A DNA stretch of 64,000 nucleotides from Selaginella moellendorffii. Lineage: Eukaryota; Plantae; Lycopodiophyta. A model generated the notes under the pieces. The model made no database searches and was not told the DNA's origin. It saw nothing but the letters and a program-made list of their open reading frames with translations. Below, one piece after another: positions 33,611 to 46,642 of the stretch. The stretch covers positions 2,198,932 through 2,262,931 of the forward strand of contig NW_003314267.1 of assembly GCF_000143415.4 (NCBI RefSeq). Reading direction: 5' to 3'. The stretch's first letter is position 1, and the number at the start of each line of letters is the position of its first letter. The position numbers and the translations under genes were made by a program.

Positions 33611-36600
33611 AGGGAAATTTGGGGGGAAAGCCCAAAAGCATGTGTTCGTGCAGAGGGGGGGGTTGTGGGGGGTTCCAAATGTATAGTAGGGATAGTGGGT
33701 AGGTCGGGCATGGCCGACAAACCTGAGGCATAGTTTAGCTCCCGCTTGCGTGCCTATCCTTGTTCTGCGTCCGGCTTAGGTCTAAGCCCAAGTTCCATTC
33801 CATGCTAGCTGGTGGAGTACCCATGTCCTCGCGTTAGGCCACCGGTATGCCGAAATAGCGCCAGACTCCGTTTGGCTCCATTTTGCGTGCTGGTCCTGGC
33901 ATTGGGATGCTGGTTGCTCTAGGACTGTTCCAAGTCGCTCCGGGCTCTTGTCCCTTCGCTCCTTGGGCAATATGCTCGGGAGTTGCTCCGTGGTCCGGTT
34001 CCATCACTCCTTGGTGTCACGCTTGGGAGTTTGGCACCGTTCCTTCGTTCAGTGGCCCAAGGCCTTGAACCTTGGGTTCCTATGGACACGTGGCATGGAC
34101 ACGTGGTATGTGACACATGGCATCTGTCACGTGGCACAAAGAGGGTTTAGGTTCCGCTTCGTGGTGTTATCCTATGGTAAATCACCATAGGATAAAGGGT
34201 CAAAACCACGTGCACTACATTTGGTATCAGAGGAAGAGTCTCAGCGAGTACTATTCAATGAGATTGGGCAACTAGTCTCGTTGCATACGCAGAGATGAAA
34301 ACGATGATCCAAGTGGGTACACGTTTTGGTGCAAAGACTTCGCAATTGTTCCTTGGGTATGGATTTGGTTACCTTTTTGTTCCATATTATGTGAGCTTGC
34401 TCTTGGGCTCATAGGGTGGACTGAGTTGTTCCGTTACACGAGTTTGCGCTTGGGCTCGTGAGTGAGGCGCATTAGCAACTCGAGGTTACACTTTGTGTTG
34501 GCAGGATTAATGTTAGCCTATCGGTGGTTCCATGAGTTGTTCCATGTACCATGGGTGCAAATAAACTTTTCTTGGATTGAACTGAAGGCAGTGCGAAAGC
34601 AAGCTTGAGGTTTGGTCAAAGATGAGACCGAAAAGAGAGTCATCAGGGACGAAGGATCATATACGTAAATCATTTTCTCTTCTTGGAGAGATGATCTGCA
34701 ACGAGGTGTTAACTCATTGCTTGTGTTCACATCATGCAATCAAGAGTCCCTATCTTGATGCATGTTGGAGATGGTGGTGTTACAATGGTGAGTTGTAGGA
34801 TGGATAGTAGTGAAGCGCTAAACCATTTTGTCTAAGCTTGCTATTGGAAGACTTGGGTTGCAATGCTCAATTCTTTTTCCGGAGAACCTTGTTATTGCTC
34901 CTGGAGTAGCTTGGTGTTGGATTAGTGTTGAGTTTGGTCGGAAAGAGAGTGGCATGAGCTTGTCCGTGTTGTGAAAAAAAGTTAGTGGTGTTAAGTGTTG
35001 TAAATCTCTATTTGATGGGGTGTGGCATTTATGTTGCATTTTGTCGAATCGAGTTGGCACTTGATATTCACATAAACCTTTGCAGTAGTGACATGGGCAT
35101 TGCTCATGGTGTTGCTTGATTGATGATCAAGTCATTGTGATTTATATCATATCCATGTGATAATGAGCAATGTGTTTACAAAATTGCTTGGGTAAATGAT
35201 GATTAACCCCAAAGTGGTTGATGGAGAAGCTAATCTACTTGCACGAAGTAGCATTGTAGTAGCTTTGACTGGATTCTCAATGGTGGTCCATTATGCTAAG
35301 CTTAAGTTGGTACCTTGCTTACTTGAGTTTGCCTATAAGGTGTTGGAAAAGGGTTATAGCATTCACTTTCTATGACTTGTCGATTGATTCGTTAGCACTT
35401 GGAGTAGATTGTTGGATGGAGAAGATATGTAGTTGGGGCATTGACATCACTAGCACTTGTGTTAGTGAAAGTGGCATTGTTATTTCAAGTGATGAGGAAT
35501 TTTCCTTGGACCCTGATTTTCCATGTCATTTTTCTTGTTAGTGTTTTGACTTCACATTGAATCTTGAAGGTGATTGAAGAAGAGTGTTAATGCAATATAG
35601 ATATCCGAAGATGTGGTCTTCGTGATCAAGCCTTGGGTGTTCATTTTGCATTTTGCGGATGTCGGTGTTGGATATCGATTAAATGGTAGAGATGTTTGAG
35701 GCTTAAGCATACTATGGGTCATGAGAATTTTGTAAGCTCCTAAATTTGGACTTCCCGGGAGGTCACCCAGCCCAGTACTATTCAAACCCAAGGATGCTTA
35801 ACCCCAAATATCCCAAGACCCTTAACCGATTGGAAAAGGGGGTGCACTCTTGTTCATGGGCCCTTTCCCTCTATATTTGAACCCCATGGATCGTCTCTCA
35901 AGTCGTTCCCTTTGGTTGCTTACAATCCACCACGCTTCCCTGCAAGTTCACGCCCTCGTGAACGGAAGTTGAGAGCCGCAGCTCTCCCGAGAGCCCCGCT
36001 CTCTTGACACCCTACCCCTCGGGTCGAGCCCAGCGGGAACAAACTGGACCAGCCAGATGTCAATCAACATGTGGTGTGATTCCCTTAGCCAACCAACAGA
36101 GTCGGACCCGAGACCTCTCTGATACCAAATATAAGCTCCTAAATTTGGACTTCCCGAGAGGTCACCCAGCCCAGTACTATTCAAACCCAAGGACGCTTAA
36201 CCCCAAATATCCCAAGACCCTTAATCGATTGGAAAAGGGGGTGCACTCTTGTTCATGGGCCCTTTCCCTCTATATTTGAACCCCATGGATCGTCTCTCAA
36301 GTCGTTCCCTTTGGTTGCTTACAAATTTGTGTTGAGGTGAACCTATGTGAAGTTGTTGGTAGGAGGAAGTTGGTTGAGTCTTTCCTGGACTGAGAGTTAT
36401 TCTTTCTCTAGGATGGAAAATTTTCCACAAATTTTCTCAGGCTTTTCCAATGGCTGATCTATTGATCATTTTGCCCGAAAACCATTCTGTTTTCGTAAGC
36501 CAGTACAAACTAGTGAAGGGGTTAGAGTTGACTTCAGTTAGCTTAGACCCTGGTAGGTAGTTTGTATGATGCAGCCTGAAAGGGATGCTAACTTTTGGGG

Positions 36601-39600
36601 CTAAAATAATTGAGTTGGATAGAGTCTAGAGTTGGTGTAGAAAAGTGGCCGTTGCACTTTTCTCAGAAGGGTGACCCTTGTGCCCTTCTTTTATAGTGTT
36701 TTGCTTGGTGGCAGGTTGCACCTTGCATTTCGCTAAGACTCTATGAGAGTAGTGAGCTCTCACTGATCTTGACTTAGTCTTGGTAGCCCTGTGCCTTGGC
36801 TAAGGATGGTGATGTCCAACTTAGTTGTTTGAGGTTGAGATGTTGGTACCCATACTATAGCTTTGTCTATGAGGAGGTTGTGTACCGATATGAGTCCATC
36901 TTATGGTCTTCACTTTAGTTTCGACTGAGTGTTGATTGTATAGCCAGCCTCTTCAAAGGCATGCTCAGAGTTAGTAGCTAAATGTTTTAGTGAGCTTATT
37001 GCGGTTGAGTTGGATTTGAGTGGTCATTTAGTTTGTGCTTGTCTATGAACTTTTATCTCGTACCTGGGGTATCACGTTCATATTGGGCAAGTATATAACT
37101 TAATGACAAGAGTTGGTGTTTGGGTCTTGTGAAGGCAAGTTGAGGAGTGATTGTTAGTTGCTTTGCGACTAGTGATTACTTGTGGACTTCGTCAAGGACT
37201 TTTGACACTTGCTTTGCTCGATGATGATTTAGCGGTGATGGGCTTGCTTTACCAGATGGTGTTGCGGAGGATCATGTCATTAGGCTAGTATGGTTTTTTT
37301 TCCATGTTGGCATATCAATTCCTTTGTTGATATCATTTGGTTACGTTTGGTCTATAGTGTTGGATTTCATTGAGTCTTGGATGTGGTGATTCACTCCTTG
37401 ATGATGTGTTATTTGTCACTGAGTTTTGCTGAAGGATTGGTCTCGGATACTAAGTATAGTATCTTTGACTTTGGTTAGCTTGGTTGCTGGAAAGCTTCAA
37501 GTGGTGAATCACTCTTGCTTTCTTCTAGCTTTGTTATGGTGTTGATGGCATTGAAGTGATGCCTTGTCATTGACATTGTTGATGTTGAGATTCAAAGTGA
37601 AATGAGATGTCTCTCCTTAGGATTAATATTGAGTTTCATTAATCTTAATGAAGATAGTGTTGATGATTTGGCTATGGCTTTGTGTTGTTGGCATTCATGC
37701 ATTTGCTAGTTAGCAACTGTGTTGACGTTCAAATGAACTGAGTGGCAAGTTGAGTTAGTTGTGTTCTAAACGAGATTATTTAGTAGGGGTTGAGCTTTGA
37801 GCTTTTCCTTGAAAAGTGATTTAGTCATGGACTATGCTAACTCTACAAGTGGGAGAGTTAGTGATCAATGTTGGAATATTTTGAATCCTTATGGGATTTT
37901 AGTTGAAATATATCAATCATTGATGATTCTTCTTGTGCTTGCTATGAAGTGAGTTACGTCTTGCTATAGATGGATTCATGGAGGATCATTTAGTGATCAC
38001 TTGTTGAGCATAGCTCCATTGTGCTTAGCTTTTGGATTGATGCAGAAATACTCTTCATTAGCTTTGGCATTATGAAGTTTGGCTTATGGATGTGTTGAAG
38101 AAGACATTATGGGTTGCACCATGATTTCTTTTTTAGCATTGAAGTTAGCTTCTATGAGACTCGTGATCATTATTAAGCAAGACTTGGCTATAGGCTTCTT
38201 CGAGCTTTGGTTCTTTGAGTTTTATGCTCATTGTTCCATTTGTTAGAAGTTGTTGGGGAAGGCATTTTGGCTCATTAGTTTTGATGTTGAAGTTGGCTTT
38301 GCATCTGGCAATCATTGGTGATGATTGACTATCATCTAGGGTAGTTGATTGTCCTTATCACAAGTTTTGCTTGATTATTGTTGGTTTGGAATTATTTGTT
38401 ATTCTTCGGGATGGTAGATTCTTTCTTCAATGATGATTATACATCACTACATTGATGGGTTAATTGACGATCTTTCATGATAGTTGGTTGTTCTCTTTGA
38501 TGGCTTTTGGCTTTTCGCAATACCACATGTTCTTTGTGGTTTGCTCTGGATTGGTCTCTTGGGTTTGAGACGTCAGTAGGATGTTGTTGACACTTGCTTA
38601 GGCAACTTGAGTTCCTTGGTATTGTTGGCTGGGATCTATTCAGATTGGCTTTTGTGATTGTTGGCAGGCATGAGTGTTTGTTGGTCTTACCACATTCATT
38701 CTCTTCTGTTGATTGTTGCTCGAGTTAGTTTTGATAGATTTGGATGTTATTTCCTTTGGGTGATACATTTGCGAGCATTGTGCTTGTTAGTCAATGATAC
38801 TTTGTGTTCTTTGAGTTCTCTCTAATAAGTTGTTGGCTTACTGTCTACTATCTTCAGTAGTTAAATTTCATCATTGAGTTTCCTTGATGATATATACTAG
38901 CTATTGAATGTTGTTGGATGGTGATTCCTATGTTTACCAATTATAGTGATCTTGGTGGTTCCTATCTACAATACTACTGGTTTATCAGATGATAACTTGC
39001 TTAGAATACTTTTGTGTTCTACTCTAAGATATAATCACTAGTAATTAAGCTTCTCAGATATCATTGTCTCTGACTTTGATATTGTCCATTTATTGATCTT
39101 TGAGTTTGGGCCAGTATAGGCAGATTGGCTTCGGCACTTCGTGTGCATGTTGAAATCTTTAGTCATGGGGTAGCTACTATCGACTGGTCACATAACCCGC
39201 CTCTCTATCGATGTTCTTTATTCCGTTAAAAGGGCGTGACCGTGTAAACAACTCTAACTGCCTGTTTACAGTAGTCTATCTAAACCTTATCGACGGGTTT
39301 GGTTTCTTTGCTTAGAAGGGTTGGGGCCTCTGGCTTCTCTCTCTATGTTCCTGCGGGCAGGGGTATATCACACTTTTGTAAGCTAGATGACTCCCAGAGC
39401 AGCAAGGGTGGCTGACTCTATTGGTCATTTCTTTGTCGGCGACGGCCGAAAGGTGTTTGAGCTGGTAGCGCATCCGCGTTAGACATTGAGGTTGCCCCCT
39501 AACTCATTTAAGTTGGTGCATTTCTTACATAGTGTGAGTACCGTGAACTTTTTCTGGAGTTGTTTCCTTGGCAGTATTCTAGACTCAAGTATGCATCGAC

Positions 39601-40781
39601 AAGGACGTCGATCTTCCCCAAGGGGGGGAGAGTGTCGCAAATGTGACTTCGGGTATCGAAAGTTACCTACCGACCAGTCCTTACGGACACTCTTTCCTTA
39701 TTGCCATGACGGTAGGAGGTCGGTACTGCTGGTTCCCATCATTAGCCCCTCTTGTTCAAGTGTTAGTTTACTGGGCTTAGCACCTGTACTTAGCCAGATG
39801 GACATAAGGTAGGAACTCCTATGTGTTTCTAGCTGAGCATACTCGGCCTGGCTTTTAGTTCTCTTTTGCTCTGCCTTGCACTGGCTTGACAAGAACCCTC
39901 GCGTATTGAGATTGGTCCCTCAATATCGCTGGATGATAGCTTACCATGTCTGCCAAACACCCTCGCTATCATGCCCTTTATGTTGGTCTCATTTCGGTCC
40001 CAAATGTTATTTATGGAAAGTGTCCAGATTTGCTCATTTGGCATATCTACGGAATGTAGAGATCGGCCTGAACACAATGGTGTTCATCCCATGTCCAAAT
40101 TCGCAATCTAAGGACATTCCATATTTAGTAAGTTTTGAGCTTGTCCCAGAGACTAACTCCTGATACTAAGGGAGGCTTGGGGTGAAAGCCCAGAGCGTGT
40201 GTTCCTCAAGGGGGGGGGGGGGGGCTGTGGGGGGTTCCAAATGTATAGTAGGGATAGTGGGTAGGTCGGGCATGGCCGACCAACCTGAGGCATAGTCTAG
40301 CTCCCGCTTGCGTGCCTGTCCTTGTTCTGCGTCCGGCTTGGGTCTAAGCCCAAGTTCCATTCCATGCTAGCTGGTGGAGTACCCATGTCCTCGCGTTAGG
40401 CCACCGGTATGCCGAAATAGCGCCAGACTCCGTTTGGCTCCGTTTTGCGTGTTGGTCCTGGCATTGGGATGCTGGTTGCTCTAGGACTGTTCCAAGTCGC
40501 TCCGGGCTCTTGTCCCTTCGCTCCTTGGGCAATATGCTCGGGAGTTGCTCCATGGTCCGATTCCATCACTCCTTGGTGTCACGCTTGGGAGTTTGGCACC
40601 GTTCCTTCGTTCAGTGGCCCAAGGCCCTGAACCTCGGGTTCCTATGGACACGTGGCATGGACACATGGTATGTGACACGTGGCATCTGTCACGTGGCACA
40701 AAGAGGGTTTAGGTTCCGCTTCATGGTGTTATCCTATGGTAAATCACTATAGGATAAAGGGTCAAAACCACGTGCGCTACA
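33611..40781 (+). mobile_element. Non-autonomous gypsy-derived LTR element (5' end lies in the gap)
   Basis: 5' LTR ends at 34219 followed by PBS TGGTATCAGAG; PPT AAGGGGGGGAGAG; 3' LTR 39633-40781; internal region has no long ORF, only traces such as SYLGYHV; empty site ATATG at 47678-47682. Confidence 0.85.
35731..36323 (-). mobile_element. Cassandra-like TRIM with 5S-rRNA-derived LTR segment
   Basis: 194-bp LTRs at 35731-35924 and 36130-36323, AATTT target duplication, minus-strand PBS TGGTATCAGAG; each LTR carries a 5S-like segment close to GTTAAGCGTCCTTGGGTTTGAATAGTACTGGGCTGGGTGACCTCCCGGGAAGTCC. Confidence 0.9.
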
Positions 40782-41803
40782 ATATGATCCAGCAGAATTT
40801 CACATCAAATTAGATTTATAATGAGGATATGTAAATTGTGGGAAGGAACAAGTCAACTGGTGAACCTCCTTGTCGAGATGATTTTCTAACTATGCAGGAT
40901 ATTAATAATTTACATAGGAAGCATTTGCTTTCAACTTATTGACTACATGAGAATTATGCACAACACGTATTTAAAAGAACACAAATCTCAAGAAAGTATT
41001 TTTCTAGTAGGAAGGTGATTGAGGTAAAGATTATTTTACCATAGGGATTCAAACACCTTGGCAACCGCAAAAGATGGTGGACTTTGCAAATAATAATTTG
41101 TTGAGTCTTGATGCAACTTTTAGAACTAATTATTACAAGATAAAATTTTGGAATTTCAACAGCACGTTGATAGTTATAATATATCCTCCAAGCAAGCAAA
41201 ACCTTTGGTGGAAAGAATTACAAGTAAAAGAAAAGCTTCTAGTAGCCTAGAAGCAATTCCTTTTACTAGGCAAAGGAACAACAAGAAAGAAAAGCTCTTT
41301 AAACAAAAAACTTAATCTTAGCAAAGAATAAATTTATAAAAAAACTCTTTATGTACTTGCATTGCATATGTTTAAATTAGTGAGAAGATTTCATAGCAAA
41401 AGTGGATCACCACTCCTATTGTTGATCATGGTCATCCATGACACTCATTGGCACGTAAAAAGGCATCCATGCATGTGCTGATTGAAATTGGGGTTGTGGC
41501 CACTTGGAAATAATTAGGGCGCATGCTAGGCGTGGGCAGGGAGTGCAGGTACGGGCGGGAGTGCGCAGCTGCAACAGATGGGAGAGGCATGATGCCACAT
41601 CACTGCCAGGTAAGTAGAGAGAGAGAGAGAGAGAGAGTGAATAGAGAGAGAGAGAGAGTGAACCAGGATGGTGTTTAATGGAAGGCACGAAGAGTGCTTT
41701 TATTTTAGTAGTTATGGTATCATGGAGATTTTAAGCTTTTTAAGTTTAGAAAGTGCATTGTGTTCAAAACAGGAGTTTAATTAACTTCCATTTCAAAATC
41801 AAA

Positions 41804-43076
41804 TTAAATCCTCAGAGTGTCCAAGAGCCACTGGCGATTAAGTCCCCCAGCTTGCAAAGCCGTCATATAATCCTTATAAACCATAGGCTTAAACACTGGA
41901 GAGCCCTCCACCAATTTGCTCGCTGGGTGCACCAAACTCTCCCAATTTGGCCCCATTGCCACTGGAATGGACATTCGATCTTCACTGCTATTAACCACAG
42001 CTCTGTGCTCGGCGCTCTTATACTTGTCATTGCTCAAAATCTGCAAGAAAAGAAAAAGAAAACATTAATTTTGACCAGTCAGTCAATGCTAGTAAACGAG
42101 AAAGAGCAAACGCTGACCTGGATCTGCTCGCCCAGATTGACCACGAACGAGTAAGGTATGGGCTTCACGGAGTACCACTCGTTAGCGTGCATCACCTGGA
42201 GACCCTCGACGTGATCTTGGAGCAGCAGCGTGATCGATCCGGGGTCCGAGTGTGGGCCGATTCCCAGCACCAGATCGGGCTCGGGGCAAGCAGGATAGAA
42301 GTTGAGAGCCATGATTTGCGAGCAGCCATTGAATGCCTTGTCGATGTAATCCTTTGGAAGATCCAAGCTCTCGGAGATGAGCTCCAGGAGGAACTTTGCA
42401 AGGTTGCGAACGCGAGTGGAGTAATCGGCAGTAACTTCCCTATAAGATGATCATATACCAGCGATGTTAAGAAAGGATGGCAAGAAGGTATTTATACCTG
42501 TAAGATGCTGGCTTTTCAGGCCAGAGTTCTTGCATCTCGGCCAGTGGGAGGCAGCTATGGCGGAGGTAATCTCTCCAGCTAAAGACCTTGTCTTGTGTTA
42601 CATTGAAGCTGGTTCCATACCTCATTCGGGATTCGGTGTCTGTGGAGAAGTAGCGCATTTTCTCCTCGTTTGGGAGAGCGTGGAATTCGCGAGCCACCGA
42701 TTGCATTTCATCCACCAAAGAATGGGGAACACCGTGATTGATCACCTGTATGGCGAAGATCACACAATTCTCGATCAATTCTATACCCAGTGATGGAACA
42801 AAGAGATTTTGGGACATCCACCACCCAGCAAGAACAATAGCACACCTGGAAGAAGCCCCATTTCACGCAAGCTTCACGGATTTGCGGGACAAGCGCTGCT
42901 CGAGCCTCGCTCGAATTCAAGGCGGCGCCAAGATCCAGGACTGGGAAGCTTTCCTCGCGATGAACGGCATTTGGGCGCTCCTCTTTGGATCGGATGTAAA
43001 TGCCGGGCAGCTTGTCCAGGCCCGAATCCACCAGATTCTTCACACCCAAGTGGAGTGGAAGAACTTCGGCGGCCAT
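41804..43076 (-). CDS. 2OG/Fe(II) dioxygenase, copy 3
   Basis: Four exons, intact motifs; diagnostic residues MAAEVL, YIRSK, CVKWG, SQIM, HANE, GEQ, AEH. Confidence 0.9.
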
Positions 43077-43316
43077 TGTTGAGCTCTTCGCAAAGATAAG
43101 CTTCCTCTGGTTTTATACTAAACCTTTCTTGGGGGATACGAAAAAATGTCTTGGATTTTCTAGATTCTAAAAGAGGTTCGGTCATGTGCGGCTGCTAAGA
43201 AGGAACTACGAATCTAAAAGTTGGCATAGCAAAATGAACTACCGCTCAGCGGTCCAGATGGCATCACGAATGGACGGACGTGATTGCTCTATTGGTCTCG
43301 AGGATATTCCAGGGCC

Positions 43317-44148
43317 ATGCCACGGGCAAAGGCAATGTCGTCTTCGAGGGCGGAGGCGCCACCGTCGGCGCTCCAGCCCGCGCGGATTCTCTTCTCCGGA
43401 GTCAAGGTACCCGAGGGGGAAGGAGGAGGAGGAAAGAGTCCTTATCAGCGAGGTTCTTGTCCAAGATAAAGATGGGCAGGAGTTGGAAAACTCGGAGATT
43501 TTGGCCACTGCTCGACAGGCTCTAAAGTCGTGTAAATCGAATTACGCGCTCACGACGAAAGAGGTCCAAGAGGACGTTCATCGGATCATCGAGACTGGAT
43601 TTTTCGCGTCTTGCATGCGAAGATAGACGAGATGGAGTCAGGCTGATTTTCAAGGTGCTGGCTGCTGATCCTTCTATTTTACTTCCCTTTTGCTGCATTC
43701 TCACAATCTTTTCCACAGGTCGAGGCTAACCAAGAACTTCGTGGCCTTGTTTGCAATAGCGCAAACGTTCTTCCCACGAAGGTTATCGAGGATGCCTTTC
43801 GAAACGAGTATGGTATGCCATTTGTTTCTCTTTTCATCTTTTTCCTGAGTGGGGAAGTAGCATTAAGAATGTGTTGCATTGCTCTTTAAGTTTTGCAGGA
43901 AAAGTTGTGAACATTCAAAGGCTTAACACGGTTCTCGACACTTTGAATGGATGGTACCGAGATAGAGGCTACTTTGCACAGGTAGATTCTTGCGCATTCC
44001 TTTTTTTTGAGATGGTTCTAGTGGTAGTACACAGGTGACAGACCTGGAGATAATGCCAGACGGTATTCTCAAAGTACAATTTGCTGAGGCAGTAGGTAAC
44101 AACATCAATATACGATTTTTGGACAGGAAAACGTAAGCTTTTCTAGTC
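43317..44148 (+). pseudogene. Truncated OEP80 copy (exons 1-4)
   Basis: Matches 50203-51315 with a deletion of ~50299-50571 and a small deletion near 43618; breaks in intron 4. Confidence 0.85.
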
Positions 44149-44290
44149 CACGGGATGTGCAAAGTCAAGGCGCATGACAAGGTATATGCGAATAATGTAG
44201 CGGACAGGCTCGCCAAGACAGGGCGCCAACTCGAGGGGCGGAAGATCCAGTGGTTCCACGTAGAAAGGTCTGGTGCGATTGTGAAATTGT
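44149..44290 (+). mobile_element. RNase H C-terminal fragment of a retroelement at the duplication junction
   Basis: Translation KVKAHDKVYANNVADRLAKTG matches the RNase H VKAH...N..AD.LAK motif. Confidence 0.55.
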
Positions 44291-44394
44291 GAAATATAGT
44301 GAGATTATATTTTAATGTAGTGTTGATACATTAATAACTTTTTCTTTCCCTTTTTTTGAAAAGGCTTGGTTAACTAAATTGTGAGGAAAATATT

Positions 44395-44468
44395 TGGCCT
44401 ATGCAGGTTTCGAACCTGCGACCTTGGCGTTATTAGCACCACGCTCTGACCAGCTGAGCTAATAGGCC
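44395..44468 (-). tRNA. tRNA-Ile(AAT)
   Basis: Cloverleaf with canonical GGTTCGAAACC T arm and fully paired GGCCTAT/ATAGGCC acceptor stem. Confidence 0.9.
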
Positions 44469-44525
44469 TTAAACAATCAATGATGATTTTAATTTAATCA
44501 AATAAAGAATTTATGAAGCAATGAG

Positions 44526-44592
44526 CGCTCTGGACAGGGTTCGAACCTGTGACTTTCTGGTTACTATCCACAGACGCTCTATCCACTAGCTA
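44526..44592 (-). pseudogene. 5'-truncated copy of the tRNA-like sequence
   Basis: Matches 27960-28026; the 5' acceptor strand is deleted. Confidence 0.6.
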
Positions 44593-45039
44593 GATTTTCA
44601 TTAAGTTCAAATTATGGTACAAGATCTCAAAAATACCTATTGGAGGAAGCAAAGTCCATGGCTGCTTGGTGCTGCTTAAGTTGATGCCCATTAAGTGACC
44701 TTCATCCTCTGTTATAATCTCAGCATCTCTCATGTCTCTATTGAGCACACTAGTTAGACATGATATAGCTTCAGTTTGCTTAAGTAGAACCTGGAAAACA
44801 AACACGCCCTGATAAGAATAGAGAGCTACTGGAATCAAAATATTGCACCTCTTGAATATCAGTCAAGCTTTGCTCATCAAGTTGGCCTGGTAGAAAGGAT
44901 GCATTTCTCTATGCTGCATGAAATTGACAAGACCGAGTCCACTTTTCTTGGAAGCTCTATTGTTGGCTGGAGCTAAGAAAGTAAAGGGGAGTGTTTTAGC
45001 TAGTTATGCCTCTAGTTATGGCCTTTTAGGGGACAATAT

Positions 45040-46170
45040 TGTAGCATATGTAGTTTTCACCCTTAAGATTTACCATAAGATAACTATGAAGTAGAACCTA
45101 AACCCTCCATATGCCATGTGTTATATGCCACATGCCACATGCCATGTGTCCAAAAGACAGTGGAGTGGAACCCGAGTTCAAAGGCCTTGGGCCATTGAAT
45201 GAAGGAACAGTGCTAAACTCTCAAGTATAGAGCCAAGGAGCATTAGCACTAGAGCATAGAACAATTCCCAAACATACAACCCAAGAAGCAAAGGGATAAA
45301 AGCACAAAGTAACTTAAATCAGTCCTAAAGTATCCAACATCCCAATGCCAAGGCCAACATGCAAAACAAAGCTAAATAAAGTTTGGCGCTCTTTTAGCAT
45401 ACTGATAGCTTAACGCAAGGATATGAGTACTCCACCAGCTAGCATGGAATGGAACTTGGGCTTAAACCCAAGCCGGATGCAAAACAAGGACAGACACACA
45501 AGCAAGAGCTAAATTATGCCTCAGATTGGTCAGTTATGCCCACCTACCCACTATTCCTACTATGCATTTGGAACCCCCCATATCCCACCCCTCTGAGGAA
45601 CACATGCTTTGGGCTTTCACCCCAAATTTCCCTTAATACCAGGAGGTAGTCTCTAAGACAAACTTGAAATTTACTAAATATGGAATGTCTTTAGATTGCA
45701 AATTTGGATACGGGACAAACACCATTGTGTTCAGAAGAATCTCTACATTCCGTAGATATACCAAATGAGCAAATCTAGATACTTTCCATAAATAGCATTT
45801 AGGACTAAAATGAAACTAACACAAAGGGCATGATAGCAAGGGTGTTTGGCAAACATAATAAGCTATCATCTAGCGATATTGAGGGATTAGTTTCAATATG
45901 TGAGGGTTTTTGTCACTAGCCAGTGCAAGACATAACGAAACAGAAACTCTTTACTAGGCTAAGTATGCTTAGTTAATAACACGTAGGAATTCTATCCTTA
46001 TACTCGTCCCGTTTAAGTACACTTGAAATGCCCAGTTAACTCCACTAACACAAAAGGGACTGATAAAGGGTTCAACAATACCAACCTCCTGCCGTCATGG
46101 TAGTAAGGAAAGAATAATCAAAAGGACAATTGATAGGTAACTTTCGATACCTGAAGTTACATTCACGACA
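45040..46170 (-). mobile_element. Solo LTR, duplicate of 28495-29625
   Basis: Same ends and AATAT target duplication. Confidence 0.85.
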
Positions 46171-46642
46171 AATATAATGTTTTGGAATTTCTTATAATAA
46201 AGATGCCTTCTAAGAATTTAGGTTCTAGGTTAGGAAAAGTAGTCTTCCAACCACATTGGAGGCAATCTTGATTGAAGAGGCATTGGCTCTTAGAAGCTTG
46301 GTAGAGCTGTTTTTTCTCCTCCTCCCTTCCAAAGGCAATGCTCTCAAATAATATTTTGACTGTTTTAATTTCTTTATTAATTAAATCCTAAAATTTCCCT
46401 TCTAATAGCATGTTGTATATTATGTATATTAGAACTCCAATTAAATATGAAGAATTAAATAAGCCCATCCTTCCAACAAAGTTTCCAATTCACAGAACAA
46501 TGCTATTTCCAATTTATTTGAATGATAGATAAAAGAATCCTCAAATAATCACTAAAAGCTGTGGTGAGGGGAGGTGAGGACTTCCAAGGAGATGAAAGAG
46601 CCTCTTTAGCTATAACAAGGAAACCTTCTTGGTGAAGAGTGC

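Larger units (their letters stand above)
31863..41688 (+). mobile_element. Mutator-like long-TIR element, copy A, split by the nested LTR element and the gap
   Basis: ~250-bp imperfect TIRs; GAAGAGTGC at 31854-31862 and 41689-41697; single-copy empty site near 25755. Confidence 0.7.

Noticed and set aside
32711-33733. 297-340 aa ORFs in the track
   Set aside because: They are artefacts of translating the N gap.
35745-35805. 5S rRNA gene
   Set aside because: Only ~55 bp of the internal region matches, and it sits inside paired LTRs with a PBS and TSD.
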